Origin: Escherichia phage vB_EcoD-Elw
Strand: one strand, 5' to 3'
DNA: 64,000 nucleotides
Sequence record: OR621298
A model generated the notes under the pieces. The model ran no database searches, was not told the DNA's origin, and saw nothing but the letters and a program-made list of their open reading frames with translations. Positions 9,746 through 19,738 of this stretch are shown one piece after another. Both the position numbers and the translations under genes were made by a program. Within the stretch, counting starts at the first letter, position 1, and every line of letters begins with the position of its first letter.

Positions 9746-9989
9746 ACTAACTGATTTACTTAAAGATGGGGAAGTAAAAACACTATATCGTAGAAGCTGG
9801 GGTAACGATAATAACGGCTTAGTATTACTAACTTTAGATGCTGACTCGGATGTAGCTACTCAGCATACCTGGGTAGCCGGTAACTATCCATATAGCGAGG
9901 TTGTTTCATTAACAGTATGCGAAGCTATTGCAGACGATTGGGAGGTTGCCAGCATCGAGGATATGCTCGCTGTTGGCCTGGTGGAGTAA
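9714..9989 (+). CDS. hypothetical protein
   Basis: 91-aa ORF. Confidence 0.4.
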   Translation: MIKKKENAVSRLTDLLKDGEVKTLYRRSWGNDNNGLVLLTLDADSDVATQHTWVAGNYPYSEVVSLTVCEAIADDWEVASIEDMLAVGLVE

Positions 9990-10006
9990 CTACTTAAAAA
10001 TTTCAG

Positions 10007-10035
10007 TTGCTTAATCCTATAATTCTTGATATAAT
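10007..10035 (+). promoter_or_regulatory. early sigma70 promoter
   Basis: TTGCTT 10007-10012 and TATAAT 10030-10035, 17-bp spacer. Confidence 0.6.
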
Positions 10036-10092
10036 ATTCTCATAGTTTGAAAGAACTATTCTGTTTAATTCTTAATTAAGGAAATATAAAAT

Positions 10093-10503
10093 ATGACTAC
10101 TCCAACTCAGTGGACTGATGAACTGTTCGAAAAAATGTCTTCCGAATACGTTGCTCGTATGGAGCAATTCCCAGAGGATGAACGTCCTGGTGTTAGCATG
10201 GAAATTGTTAGCGAAATTGCCCAGGAAAATGGTGTAACTCCGAACGGTTTTCGTATGAAGCTAACTAAAGCAGGTTTGTACATCAAGAAAGCTGCTGGCT
10301 CTGCTTCTAAATCTAGTGCATCTACTGGAGAAAAAGCTTCTGGTGGTTCTCGCACTTCTAAAGCTAAAGCTCATGCCGACCTTCGTTCCGCATTCTCTGA
10401 TGCTGGCCTAGCACCAGATTTTCTGGATGATGCAATTATTGACAAACTGACCGGTAAAGCGGCTGCTCATCTGGCAGAAGCAATCCGAGCTATCACTAAG
10501 TAA
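10093..10503 (+). CDS. hypothetical Ala/Ser-rich early protein
   Basis: 136 aa; host-optimal codons suggest high expression. Confidence 0.5.
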   Translation: MTTPTQWTDELFEKMSSEYVARMEQFPEDERPGVSMEIVSEIAQENGVTPNGFRMKLTKAGLYIKKAAGSASKSSASTGEKASGGSRTSKAKAHADLRSAFSDAGLAPDFLDDAIIDKLTGKAAAHLAEAIRAITK

Positions 10504-10540
10504 TTTTTAGATAAATCCACCAACAAAAGGAACTATAGCT

Positions 10541-10837
10541 ATGACTAAAGCTGAAATTATTGCACAGTGCGAAAAATTTGGTGAGTTTTATCTTCATTAC
10601 GAGAAACTTCGTCAGAAAGGAACCACGTACCTTCAGGGTACGATGGAATTTGATCCAGCCCAAGATAAATATCTGGCTGAGCGTATTAAACGTGAACGTA
10701 TTCGTAAAGCGAAAGATGATGAAATTCTTGTCTTCTCTCGTACTAATGATAGTTTCCGTTTTATTCCTGTCGAGAAAGTCCGTCGTGTGACTAGCCTCCA
10801 ATCAGAGTTAGATCGTGCTTCTCCAGTAGGCCGATAA
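10541..10837 (+). CDS. hypothetical protein
   Basis: 98-aa ORF with an AAGGA RBS. Confidence 0.5.
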   Translation: MTKAEIIAQCEKFGEFYLHYEKLRQKGTTYLQGTMEFDPAQDKYLAERIKRERIRKAKDDEILVFSRTNDSFRFIPVEKVRRVTSLQSELDRASPVGR

Positions 10838-10847
10838 GAAACCAATT

Positions 10848-10870
10848 AGCCCCTATATGGGGCTTTTTGT
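10848..10870 (+). terminator. rho-independent terminator
   Basis: agcccc-tatat-ggggct hairpin followed by ttttt. Confidence 0.7.
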
Positions 10871-10887
10871 GTATTTGGGATATGTAA

Positions 10888-11196
10888 ATGAGCGAACAGG
10901 TAAATCAAAACTATGAAGGACACGTTGATGACCAGTCCATCATACTTTGGGAGAAGGAGGGGGAACAAGTAAGATTAACAGTATCTGAATTTCGTGGGAA
11001 TCTATACATGGGTATTCGTTACTGGCTTCTTGATATTAATGATGAATGGTTTCCAACGAAATCTGGCTTCTCTTTTCCTTACACCCTAGAAACAACATCA
11101 CAGCTTTTCTATGCGTTTACACAGATTCTTAGCGAATCTGAGGTTTTACATGAAGTACAGAAACGAGCTGAAGAACTCAAAGCCAAGAATGCCTAG
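10888..11196 (+). CDS. hypothetical protein
   Basis: 102-aa ORF. Confidence 0.5.
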   Translation: MSEQVNQNYEGHVDDQSIILWEKEGEQVRLTVSEFRGNLYMGIRYWLLDINDEWFPTKSGFSFPYTLETTSQLFYAFTQILSESEVLHEVQKRAEELKAKNA

Positions 11197-11212
11197 TTCT
11201 TGGCTTTTTCTT
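11180..11212 (+). terminator. rho-independent terminator
   Basis: 10-bp stem aagccaagaa/ttcttggctt followed by a T-tract; the stop codon sits in the loop. Confidence 0.7.
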
Positions 11213-11223
11213 TATAAATGTAT

Positions 11224-11252
11224 TTGCTTTCAACTCAGTTTTGTTATATAAT
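11224..11252 (+). promoter_or_regulatory. early sigma70 promoter with conserved leader
   Basis: TTGCTT 11224-11229 and TATAAT 11247-11252, 17-bp spacer; leader tatttatataaattgataag. Confidence 0.7.
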
Positions 11253-11281
11253 ATTTATATAAATTGATAAGAGGATCAATT

Positions 11282-11470
11282 ATGAAAGTAACACTTCCAA
11301 AAATTCAAGCAAAGTTAAATCTAGTATCGAATGCTAGAAATAACTATCTAGATAACTTTGGTGGAATCAACGATAAAGCGTACAAAGATGCGTGGTTGAA
11401 AGAAGCACAAGAGTTAGCCGATCTCATTGCTCAGTATAATAAAGAACTACAGGTAGAAATGAATGACTAA
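11282..11470 (+). CDS. hypothetical small protein
   Basis: ATG at 11282 with AGAGGA RBS; the ORF track begins at an upstream TTG. Confidence 0.45.
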   Translation: MKVTLPKIQAKLNLVSNARNNYLDNFGGINDKAYKDAWLKEAQELADLIAQYNKELQVEMND

Positions 11471-12434
11471 TGTAAAAGACTTTATTAAACGTTGCCAAGA
11501 AGCATATTATCAAGGTATGTCTTTAATCTCTGATGAGGAGTATGATTGCCTGGTAAAACGCTTCCCACTAGAAGAAGAGATCGGGCCTAAGGGCGATATT
11601 CCACATCTGTATCGTATGTATTCTTTACAGAAAGTTTATTATAATCGTGGAGATAAACCCCCATTTAACCCATTAGGTCAGGTAGAAACTGACAAGTTAG
11701 ATGGTTGTGCGATTTCTCTACTATATATTAATGGCGAATTTGTTCAAGCACTAACTCGTGGTAATGGTATTCTAGGGAATGATGTCACAAGCAACGTAAG
11801 ATTGCTGAACATTCCTAAAAAGATTTCCCAAAAAGTACCTACTCAAATCACTGGTGAAGTTCTAATTACAAAAGAAGTAGAAAATAAACGTAACTTTGCC
11901 TCTGGTGCTATTAACCTAAAAGATAGTGATGCTTTCGTACAACGTATCGGGGAAGGTGGTTTAATCTTCGTTGCATACGGTATCCAGTGTTCTGCTGAAT
12001 CTGTAGGTATTACAGAATCATATTTAAAAGATATGCTTTGGCTAGAGAATGAAGACTTCTTAACAGTTGTTAATGTGCGTTCCTTCTTTAGATGGATTCC
12101 GACGGACGGTAAAGTTGTTCGTATTAATGACAACAACAAATTCTTCCGAGAAGGCTGGACTAATAAATTCCCTCGCGGGGCGTTCGCTATTAAAGAGGAT
12201 GAAGAAGGAGAGATTACAACTCTTACTAAAGTTGAATGGCAGGTAGGGGCTTCTGGTAAAGTAACTCCAGTTGGTTATTTCGAACCGGTAATTATTGATG
12301 ATGCTACAATTGTTAAAGCGACTCTTAATAACGTTGATTATATTAACTCTCTCGATCTAGAGATCGGTTGCCAGATTCGAGTGATTCGTGCTGGTGGTGT
12401 AATCCCGTGCATAGTAGAGCGAGTATACTATTAA
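11463..12434 (+). CDS. NAD-dependent DNA ligase, N-terminal adenylation subunit (split ligase)
   Basis: 323 aa; KxDG adenylation motif in TDKLDGCAISLLY; a separate ORF carries the C-terminal ligase domains. Confidence 0.6.
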   Translation: MTNVKDFIKRCQEAYYQGMSLISDEEYDCLVKRFPLEEEIGPKGDIPHLYRMYSLQKVYYNRGDKPPFNPLGQVETDKLDGCAISLLYINGEFVQALTRGNGILGNDVTSNVRLLNIPKKISQKVPTQITGEVLITKEVENKRNFASGAINLKDSDAFVQRIGEGGLIFVAYGIQCSAESVGITESYLKDMLWLENEDFLTVVNVRSFFRWIPTDGKVVRINDNNKFFREGWTNKFPRGAFAIKEDEEGEITTLTKVEWQVGASGKVTPVGYFEPVIIDDATIVKATLNNVDYINSLDLEIGCQIRVIRAGGVIPCIVERVYY

Positions 12435-12484
12435 TACATAACCCTTTGCTACCCATCTACCATATAGGAATTATAAAGTGGTTA

Positions 12485-12513
12485 TTGACATTTTCGCCGC
12501 TTAGGTATATACT
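12485..12513 (+). promoter_or_regulatory. sigma70 promoter in the ligase intergenic region
   Basis: TTGACA 12485-12490 and TATACT 12508-12513, 17-bp spacer. Confidence 0.5.
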
Positions 12514-12577
12514 ATTATCATTCAGTTGAGGGATAGAAAGTTATGGCGAGGGTAAGCAAAGTTAGTTAAAATTGTAG

Positions 12578-12606
12578 TTGCTAAATGCTTAAATACTTGC
12601 TATAAT
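12578..12606 (+). promoter_or_regulatory. early sigma70 promoter with conserved leader
   Basis: TTGCTA 12578-12583 and TGcTATAAT ending at 12606; leader tatttatataaattgataag. Confidence 0.65.
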
Positions 12607-12636
12607 ATTTATATAAATTGATAAGGAAGAAATTTG

Positions 12637-13416
12637 ATGAAAATCGAAATTCCAACACAATGTCCCTCTTGTGGTTCTAAGCTAGATCTTGTCAACGGAC
12701 AATTATTCTGTCGTAATAAGTCCAACTGTCCAGCGCAATCAAGCAAGTTAATTGAGAACTTCTGTTCAAAAATGAAGTTAAAGGGCTTTGGCCCAAAAAC
12801 TATTGAGAAGCTGGAGCTGACGAAGATTTCAGAACTATTTTACCTAACCGAAGAAGATTTGGTTAGAGCCGTGGGTAGCAAGGTTGCCGCTAAGTTAATT
12901 AGCGAATTAAATACTAAAGTTCGCGGAGACATTGACTTTGGTTCAGTTCTCGGTTCTTTAGGAATCCCTCTAATTGGAGAGGTTGCAGCAAAGAAATTAT
13001 CCCAAAATTGCACTAGCTTTCACGATGTGAAGGCTGACGGCAAGGCTGGAGAAAATTACAAAGCCTGGCTAAATTCCCCACAAGGCAAGGATGTTATTAA
13101 ACTACCGTGGAAATTTTCAACTGGTATTAAGGGCACTAAAGCTGACGTCATCATTACAGATGAATTAGTTGCCCAGCCAAATGGAATCGCGGTATGTATT
13201 ACCGGATCTTTGCAAGATTTTGCAAATCGAACGGATGCAACAAACTATTTAGAAGGTCTAGGATATACGGTTAAGAAATCCGTTACCAAAGACGTCAAAT
13301 ACCTAATCTGTGAGGATGAATCAAAACGTTCTTCCTCATCTTATAAGAAAGCCGAAACGAATGGGATAGAAATCCTGTCGATTAAAGAACTATTGGAGAA
13401 AAATAATAATGTCTAA
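12637..13416 (+). CDS. NAD-dependent DNA ligase, C-terminal subunit (Zn-finger/HhH/BRCT-like)
   Basis: Cys4 cluster CPSCGSK...CRNKSNCPAQ near the N-terminus; ATG at 12637 with AAGGAAG RBS. Confidence 0.55.
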   Translation: MKIEIPTQCPSCGSKLDLVNGQLFCRNKSNCPAQSSKLIENFCSKMKLKGFGPKTIEKLELTKISELFYLTEEDLVRAVGSKVAAKLISELNTKVRGDIDFGSVLGSLGIPLIGEVAAKKLSQNCTSFHDVKADGKAGENYKAWLNSPQGKDVIKLPWKFSTGIKGTKADVIITDELVAQPNGIAVCITGSLQDFANRTDATNYLEGLGYTVKKSVTKDVKYLICEDESKRSSSSYKKAETNGIEILSIKELLEKNNNV

Positions 13417-14176
13417 ACTGAACTGGAACGTAGAAGGTGTAACCGAGTCTCTGAAAGCAAAAGCCACTGCTCTGGGTGTTTCTGTAATCTCTCAAGAACA
13501 GGTAGCTGCTATCGCTGCTGAACTGGCTGCTGAAACTGGCAAAGATGTTACTGCTCGCTCTGTTGGCTCTAAACTGCGTAAAGAAGGTTTTGAAGTACAG
13601 AAAGCTAACGAAGTACAGAAATCCCCGTGGACTCCTGAGCAGGAAGCTGAACTGGTTGATTTCCTGAACGCTCATGCTGGTCAGTATACCTATGCTGAAA
13701 TCGCTGCTGCTGTAGCTGGTGGTCAGTTCGGTGCTAAGCAGGTACAGGGTAAGATCCTGAGTCTGGAAATGACCGCTTCTGTTAAACCAACTGAAAAAGC
13801 TGCTGCTGTTCGTTCCTTTACTCCGGATGAAGAAACTGATTTTGTTAATCAGGTTGTTGCTGGTGCTACTATTGAAGCTATCGCTGCTCACTTCGGCCGC
13901 AATATCAAGCAGATCCGTGGTAAAGCTCTGAGCCTGCTTCGTGAAGGTCGTATTGCTGCTATGCCGGTACAGGAAACTTCAAGTGCTAAAACTCGTGAAG
14001 ATCTGTTAGAAGGTCTGGATCTGGTTAACATGACTGTTGCTGAGATCGCTGAGAAAACCGGTAAGTCTGAGCGTGGTGTTAAATCTATGCTGTCTCGTCG
14101 TGGTCTGGTTGCTAAGGACTATGATGGTGCCGCTAAGCGTGCTAAACTGGATGCAAAAGCTGCGGCTGCTGAATAA
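13409..14176 (+). CDS. abundant early protein with four tandem HTH-like repeats
   Basis: 255 aa; repeated E(I/A)A...G(K/R)...(V/I)(K/R)...LS motifs; strongly host-optimal codons. Confidence 0.5.
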   Translation: MSKLNWNVEGVTESLKAKATALGVSVISQEQVAAIAAELAAETGKDVTARSVGSKLRKEGFEVQKANEVQKSPWTPEQEAELVDFLNAHAGQYTYAEIAAAVAGGQFGAKQVQGKILSLEMTASVKPTEKAAAVRSFTPDEETDFVNQVVAGATIEAIAAHFGRNIKQIRGKALSLLREGRIAAMPVQETSSAKTREDLLEGLDLVNMTVAEIAEKTGKSERGVKSMLSRRGLVAKDYDGAAKRAKLDAKAAAAE

Positions 14177-14195
14177 TCTGGTAAATTAAACCTAA

Positions 14196-14226
14196 GGGGA
14201 GGGGGCTATGCTCCTTCCCCTTTTTG
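14196..14226 (+). terminator. rho-independent terminator
   Basis: ggggaggggg-ctatg-ctccttcccc stem (with G-U pairs) followed by ttttt. Confidence 0.65.
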
Positions 14227-14258
14227 CATTTAGAAGGCACGAAAGCGTGCAAAGGAGA

Positions 14259-15731
14259 ATGACCTTGTTTAACGTGCAAGCTGTAGTGTTGAAGATGCTT
14301 CTAGCTTCCGAACAGAAGCAAATAGCATTGGAAACATTCTCAAAACTGCATAAAGATCATTTTAATGACGCTTTCTCCTCAATTTACCAAGCCGTCCAGA
14401 ATTATTATAAAAAATATAACACAATGCCGTCCATTGACGCACTTATGCTTGAAGCTAATAGGAACGCCCGCCTTTCTCAAGCTCTAGTCGTCTTAGCTAA
14501 CACTCAAATTCCAGAAGTGAGCATGGAACAGGCACTTGAAGTCCTAGAAGCCGAATATACACAGGATTTATTCCTGAAGCTTCTAGAAACAGACGTGCTT
14601 CAAGATTTAACAATGCTGGATCAGGGAGAAATTCTCAACCGAGTTGCCTCCCTTCACTTAAAATTAGAAGAGAAAGTAACGAATACTGGAAAAGTATTCA
14701 ACGCAGATAACATGCGTATTTTCCAGAGAGAAGAAGATACCAAACTGAACTTAATCGCTCTTGGTATTTGTAATGAGTTCGACGCTCAAATTGGTTTAGC
14801 TCGCACAGAAACGTTACTGCTTGGTGGTTGGCGTGGTACTGGTAAATCCATTATCTGTTCAAACATACAGGTTCAGCAATATTTGAATGGAGATATTGCT
14901 CCATACTTCTCAATTGAGATGAAAGAACACGAAGTATTTAGACGTAATCTAGCCATGTTAGCTGGTGTATCAGCACTAGCAATGCGTAATAATACTCTAG
15001 AAGGTGCAGCTCTGTTGAGATTAGCCAGAACTAGAGCCAGAATGTTTAATGGTGGTGAAGAGCTTTTTGATAACTTCGTTAAACAGTACACGATGGCTAA
15101 GATGAGTGATTTCTACGATATGGAGAGTAAGCTAATAGAGGGATATGAACTACATACTCCTATGATTATCGTTTATGACCCTGAACTGTCCATTACAACA
15201 GTTGACGTAGAATTAAATAAATTAGTTGCTAGATATGGTGATAAAGTTACAGTAGCTTTACTGGACTATATTAACCAAACCCGACTTCCAGATTCTAAAA
15301 CCATTGATATGTATGACTGGAAAGAACAGATGGTTGTTAGCTCGTCTTTCAAATCTATCTGCCAGAAACATAACGTGGCTGGTGTAGCTCCTTACCAGAT
15401 CGATCAAGATGGTAGAACACGTATGTCAAAGGGGATTCTTGATTCCGCAGACATGGCTGCTAATCTTAATGCTGCAAAAGCTGATAATGGTCAAGGTGCT
15501 ATTATGTTTGACTTCGTTAAGACTCGTTCTTCTGATAGCGTGAAGTTTATGCCTAAGATGAACTGGGAAACTCTGCGAATGGATAATACAACTAACCTAG
15601 CAATGGAAGATATATCTCAAATGGAAGCTGAGTTCGTTATCCCTATTGAGAAGGATAAGCCGGCTCAACCTAAACGTGCTAAGAAAGACAAAACTGAAAA
15701 TTTAACAGGTGAACAGGCCAGCGATATATGA
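14259..15731 (+). CDS. DnaB-like replicative helicase (RecA-fold ATPase)
   Basis: Walker A GGWRGTGKS; start moved to the ATG at 14259 (AAAGGAGA RBS) because the track start lies inside the terminator. Confidence 0.55.
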   Translation: MTLFNVQAVVLKMLLASEQKQIALETFSKLHKDHFNDAFSSIYQAVQNYYKKYNTMPSIDALMLEANRNARLSQALVVLANTQIPEVSMEQALEVLEAEYTQDLFLKLLETDVLQDLTMLDQGEILNRVASLHLKLEEKVTNTGKVFNADNMRIFQREEDTKLNLIALGICNEFDAQIGLARTETLLLGGWRGTGKSIICSNIQVQQYLNGDIAPYFSIEMKEHEVFRRNLAMLAGVSALAMRNNTLEGAALLRLARTRARMFNGGEELFDNFVKQYTMAKMSDFYDMESKLIEGYELHTPMIIVYDPELSITTVDVELNKLVARYGDKVTVALLDYINQTRLPDSKTIDMYDWKEQMVVSSSFKSICQKHNVAGVAPYQIDQDGRTRMSKGILDSADMAANLNAAKADNGQGAIMFDFVKTRSSDSVKFMPKMNWETLRMDNTTNLAMEDISQMEAEFVIPIEKDKPAQPKRAKKDKTENLTGEQASDI

Positions 15732-16618
15732 GTAGAATAACAGAACTACTTGATCTGAAAGGCATTGAATATAAAGACACAGGTGGGGACATCCTCATCT
15801 GTTGTCTCAATCCAGATCATGACGATAAACACCCAAGTTTGCGTATTGATCCTGAAACAGGTATTATGCACTGCTTGAGTTGTGGCTTCGGTAAAGGTAT
15901 ACCGAGCATTTACCATTATTTTAATGAGACTCAGTACCGACAGTCTCCAAGACTATCACAGGTACGTAAAAAGATTTCAGAGATTAGGAATGGATCAACG
16001 AATCTTGCAATTCCTGAATCTGCTTACCTTTTCGAAGGTGATTTCCGAGGTATAAGTTCTAAGACCTTGAAGAAATATTTTGCTTTCCAACACCAAGCAG
16101 ACTGGGAAGGCAGAATTGTATTCCCAATCACAGATGCTGTTGGACGCAATATCCTATTTTTGGGTCGTTCTATAAACAGTTCTGCCCCTCCTAAATACTT
16201 AGTAAAACCAAAACAAGTTTCACCGCCAATTTTTCCTGTACGATATAATACTCCAGTTCTTATTCTAGTTGAAGGCATCTTTGATATGCTGAACCTAGAG
16301 GATAATGGTATAGACTATGCTTCTTGCTGCTTTGGTACACATCAGTTTACTTCGGATAACATTGCAGATAAGTTCAGTCCTTATATTATTGCTGGGGTAA
16401 AAGTTGTTGTTATCTTACTAGATAATGATGCTTCTGGTAATAAAGCTGCACAAGCATTGGCTAAGCTAATTCGTACAAAAACGCGTTTAACACCTGTAGT
16501 TGCTAACTTCCTCCTGCCTGAAGGCAAAGATCCAGGTGATTTAAACAAAGATGAAATTGATATGTTAGCAAAACGTATTGAAATTTTAGTTGCTGAATCG
16601 CTTAAAGATTTGGTATAA
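15728..16618 (+). CDS. DNA primase (DnaG-like, Zn-finger plus TOPRIM)
   Basis: CHC2-type Zn finger CCLNPDHDDKHPS...HCLSCGFGKG; TOPRIM-like VEGIFDMLNLED and LLDNDASG. Confidence 0.7.
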   Translation: MSRITELLDLKGIEYKDTGGDILICCLNPDHDDKHPSLRIDPETGIMHCLSCGFGKGIPSIYHYFNETQYRQSPRLSQVRKKISEIRNGSTNLAIPESAYLFEGDFRGISSKTLKKYFAFQHQADWEGRIVFPITDAVGRNILFLGRSINSSAPPKYLVKPKQVSPPIFPVRYNTPVLILVEGIFDMLNLEDNGIDYASCCFGTHQFTSDNIADKFSPYIIAGVKVVVILLDNDASGNKAAQALAKLIRTKTRLTPVVANFLLPEGKDPGDLNKDEIDMLAKRIEILVAESLKDLV

Positions 16619-16680
16619 TATATTGGTAAGTTAGAGAAGAAACACTGAAGTTATACTTACTTACCAAGAGGAGATTAAAT

Positions 16681-19248
16681 TTGAAAATCGCAGTAGTTGA
16701 TAAAGCTCTAAACAACACTCGTTATGATAAACATTTCCAGCTATACGGCGAGGAAGTTGATGTATTCCATATGTGTAACGAGAAGTTATCTGGTCGTTTG
16801 CTTAAAAAGCACATTACTATTGGAACACCAGAAAACCCATTTGATCCGAATGATTATGATTTTGTTATACTAGTAGGTGCTGAACCTTTCCTGTACTTCG
16901 CAGGTAAGAAAGGCATTGGTGACTATACTGGTAAACGTGTAGAGTATAATGGATATGCTAACTGGATTGCGAGTATCAGCCCAGCCCAGTTACACTTTAA
17001 GCCTGAAATGAAACCAGTCTTTGATGCAACAGTAGAGAATATCCACGATATTATCAATGGTCGTGAGAAGATTGCAAAAGCTGGTGATTACCGTCCTATT
17101 ACTAACCCTGACGAGGCGGAAGAATATATCAAGATGGTGTATAATATGGTTATCGGACCTGTAGCATTCGACTCCGAAACCTCAGCACTATACTGTCGAG
17201 ATGGTTATCTGCTTGGCGTTTCTATGTCTCACCAAGAGTATCAGGGTGTATATATCGATTCTGATTGTCTCACAGAGGTTGCAGTATATTATCTCCAGAA
17301 AATTCTGGATAGTGAAAACCACACTATTGTTTTTCACAACTTGAAGTTTGATATGCACTTTTATAAGTACCATCTGGGACTTACTTTTGATAAAGCACAT
17401 AAAGAACGCAGGCTCCATGATACTATGTTGCAGCATTATGTTCTAGATGAGCGTCGTGGTACTCATGGCTTGAAATCTCTAGCAATGAAGTATACCGATA
17501 TGGGCGACTATGACTTTGAACTAGATAAGTTCAAGGATGATTACTGCAAAGCACATAAAATCAAGAAAGAAGATTTCACATATGATTTAATTCCGTTTGA
17601 TATTATGTGGCCTTACGCTGCAAAAGATACAGATGCTACCATACGTTTGCACAACTTCTTCTTACCAAAAATTGAGAAGAATGAAAAACTTTGCAGTCTG
17701 TATTATGATGTTCTAATGCCTGGTTGTGTATTTCTCCAGCGTGTTGAGGATCGTGGTGTACCTATTTCTATTGATCGTTTAAAAGAAGCTCAGTACCAGT
17801 TAACTCATAATCTGAATAAAGCTCGTGAGAAGCTGTATACTTATCCAGAAGTCGTTCAGCTAGAGAAAGATCAGAACGAAGCGTTTAACCCAAACTCTGT
17901 TAAGCAGCTACGTGTTCTTCTGTTTGATTATGTTGGCTTAACCCCAACAGGTAAATTGACGGATACTGGAGCAGACTCTACAGATGCAGAAGCTCTGAAC
18001 GAATTGTCTACGCAGCATCCAATTGCTAAGACTCTACTAGAGATTCGTAAGCTGACTAAGCTGATCTCTACTTACGTTGAGAAGATTCTTCTGAGCATTG
18101 ATGCTGATGGTTGCATTCGTACTGGCTTCCACGAACACATGACTACTTCTGGTCGTCTGAGTTCTTCTGGTAAACTGAACCTGCAACAGTTACCTCGTGA
18201 TGAATCTATTATCAAGGGTTGTGTGGTTGCACCACCTGGATACCGTGTAATCGCATGGGACTTAACAACTGCGGAAGTTTATTATGCTGCTGTTCTATCT
18301 GGTGATAGAAATATGCAACAGGTATTTATCAACATGAGAAATGAACCTGATAAATACCCTGACTTCCACTCTAACATCGCACACATGGTATTTAAGCTCC
18401 AATGCGAACCTCGTGATGTTAAAAAGTTATTCCCAGCTCTGCGTCAAGCAGCTAAAGCAATCACCTTTGGTATTCTGTATGGTTCTGGCCCAGCTAAAGT
18501 AGCTCATTCTGTTAACGAAGCTCTTCTGGAACAGGCTGCTAAGACAGGCGAACCGTTTGTAGAGTGTACTGTTGCAGATGCTAAAGAGTACATTGAAACT
18601 TACTTCGGTCAGTTCCCGCAGCTTAAGCGTTGGATTGATAAGTGCCACGATCAGATCAAGAATCATGGATTTATCTATAGTCACTTTGGTCGTAAACGTC
18701 GTCTGCATAATATCCACTCCGAAGACCGTGGTGTTCAGGGTGAAGAAATCCGTTCTGGATTTAACGCAATCATTCAGTCTGCTTCTTCTGATAGCCTCCT
18801 TTTAGGTGCGGTAGATGCAGATAATGAGATCATTTCTCTTGGCCTAGAACAAGAGATGAAGATTGTTATGCTGGTTCATGACTCCGTAGTTGCTATTGTT
18901 CGTGAGGATTTGATCGACCAATACAATGAAATCCTGATTCGTAATATTCAGAAAGACCGTGGTATCAGTATCCCTGGCTGTCCGATTGGTATTGATTCTG
19001 ATTCTGAGGCTGGAGGTTCTCGTGACTACTCCTGTGGTAAGATGAAGAAACAGCATCCATCAATCGCTTGTATTGATGATGATGAATATACTCGTTATGT
19101 CAAGGGTGTATTACTTGATGCAGAGTTCGAGTATAAGAAACTAGCTGCAATGGATAAAGAGCATCCAGATCATAGCAAGTACAAGGATGATAAGTTTATT
19201 GCTGTATGTAAAGATCTGGATAACGTGAAAAGGATTCTCGGTGCTTAA
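16681..19248 (+). CDS. family A DNA polymerase with 3'-5' exonuclease domain
   Basis: 855 aa; exo motif FDSETSALY; TTG start with AGAGGAGAT RBS; size matches the T5 polymerase as recalled. Confidence 0.85.
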   Translation: MKIAVVDKALNNTRYDKHFQLYGEEVDVFHMCNEKLSGRLLKKHITIGTPENPFDPNDYDFVILVGAEPFLYFAGKKGIGDYTGKRVEYNGYANWIASISPAQLHFKPEMKPVFDATVENIHDIINGREKIAKAGDYRPITNPDEAEEYIKMVYNMVIGPVAFDSETSALYCRDGYLLGVSMSHQEYQGVYIDSDCLTEVAVYYLQKILDSENHTIVFHNLKFDMHFYKYHLGLTFDKAHKERRLHDTMLQHYVLDERRGTHGLKSLAMKYTDMGDYDFELDKFKDDYCKAHKIKKEDFTYDLIPFDIMWPYAAKDTDATIRLHNFFLPKIEKNEKLCSLYYDVLMPGCVFLQRVEDRGVPISIDRLKEAQYQLTHNLNKAREKLYTYPEVVQLEKDQNEAFNPNSVKQLRVLLFDYVGLTPTGKLTDTGADSTDAEALNELSTQHPIAKTLLEIRKLTKLISTYVEKILLSIDADGCIRTGFHEHMTTSGRLSSSGKLNLQQLPRDESIIKGCVVAPPGYRVIAWDLTTAEVYYAAVLSGDRNMQQVFINMRNEPDKYPDFHSNIAHMVFKLQCEPRDVKKLFPALRQAAKAITFGILYGSGPAKVAHSVNEALLEQAAKTGEPFVECTVADAKEYIETYFGQFPQLKRWIDKCHDQIKNHGFIYSHFGRKRRLHNIHSEDRGVQGEEIRSGFNAIIQSASSDSLLLGAVDADNEIISLGLEQEMKIVMLVHDSVVAIVREDLIDQYNEILIRNIQKDRGISIPGCPIGIDSDSEAGGSRDYSCGKMKKQHPSIACIDDDEYTRYVKGVLLDAEFEYKKLAAMDKEHPDHSKYKDDKFIAVCKDLDNVKRILGA

Positions 19249-19738
19249 TTTCAAATTGCCCGTCTATGCGTTACGGGCATTTGTATCAATTGAGCAAGAA
19301 GGTGATTATTCCGTAATTACAACAAGATATAATAAATATGTGCTAGATAACAGGAAGTTGCCTGGCACGTTTTCTCAACGTAGGCTTATTCTATTTGAGA
19401 AACGGAAAGAATTACCATACAAGCTCTATCCTATTAGGGGTAGAATATCAATGTTGTCTCAATTAGTGGGGTCAAAGCGTAACCAATTTATAGATTCTGA
19501 TGGAAATCTTATTAATTGGAAGAAAACTACGTTCTATGATGTTGTCACCTCTAAAGTTTTGCATTCAGCTAGAATTTATAATGGAAAATACCAATGCTAT
19601 GTGGCTAAAGTTCCATATCCATTTGTATTATCCTATGTTCCAGCTTATATAAGCTATATTCTGGTAAATAATAGCCCTGTTATTTATCAAGTCCATCAAG
19701 AGGAGCCTGAAATTCCTAGACTTAGAATAAAATTATGA
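19241..19738 (+). CDS. hypothetical protein (start uncertain)
   Basis: 165-aa ORF from a GTG that overlaps a terminator hairpin; the true start may be the internal ATG near 19451. Confidence 0.35.
   Translation: MLNFKLPVYALRAFVSIEQEGDYSVITTRYNKYVLDNRKLPGTFSQRRLILFEKRKELPYKLYPIRGRISMLSQLVGSKRNQFIDSDGNLINWKKTTFYDVVTSKVLHSARIYNGKYQCYVAKVPYPFVLSYVPAYISYILVNNSPVIYQVHQEEPEIPRLRIKL
19257..19285 (+). terminator. rho-independent terminator after the polymerase gene
   Basis: tgcccgt-ctatgcgtt-acgggca hairpin followed by tttgtatcaatt. Confidence 0.5.
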
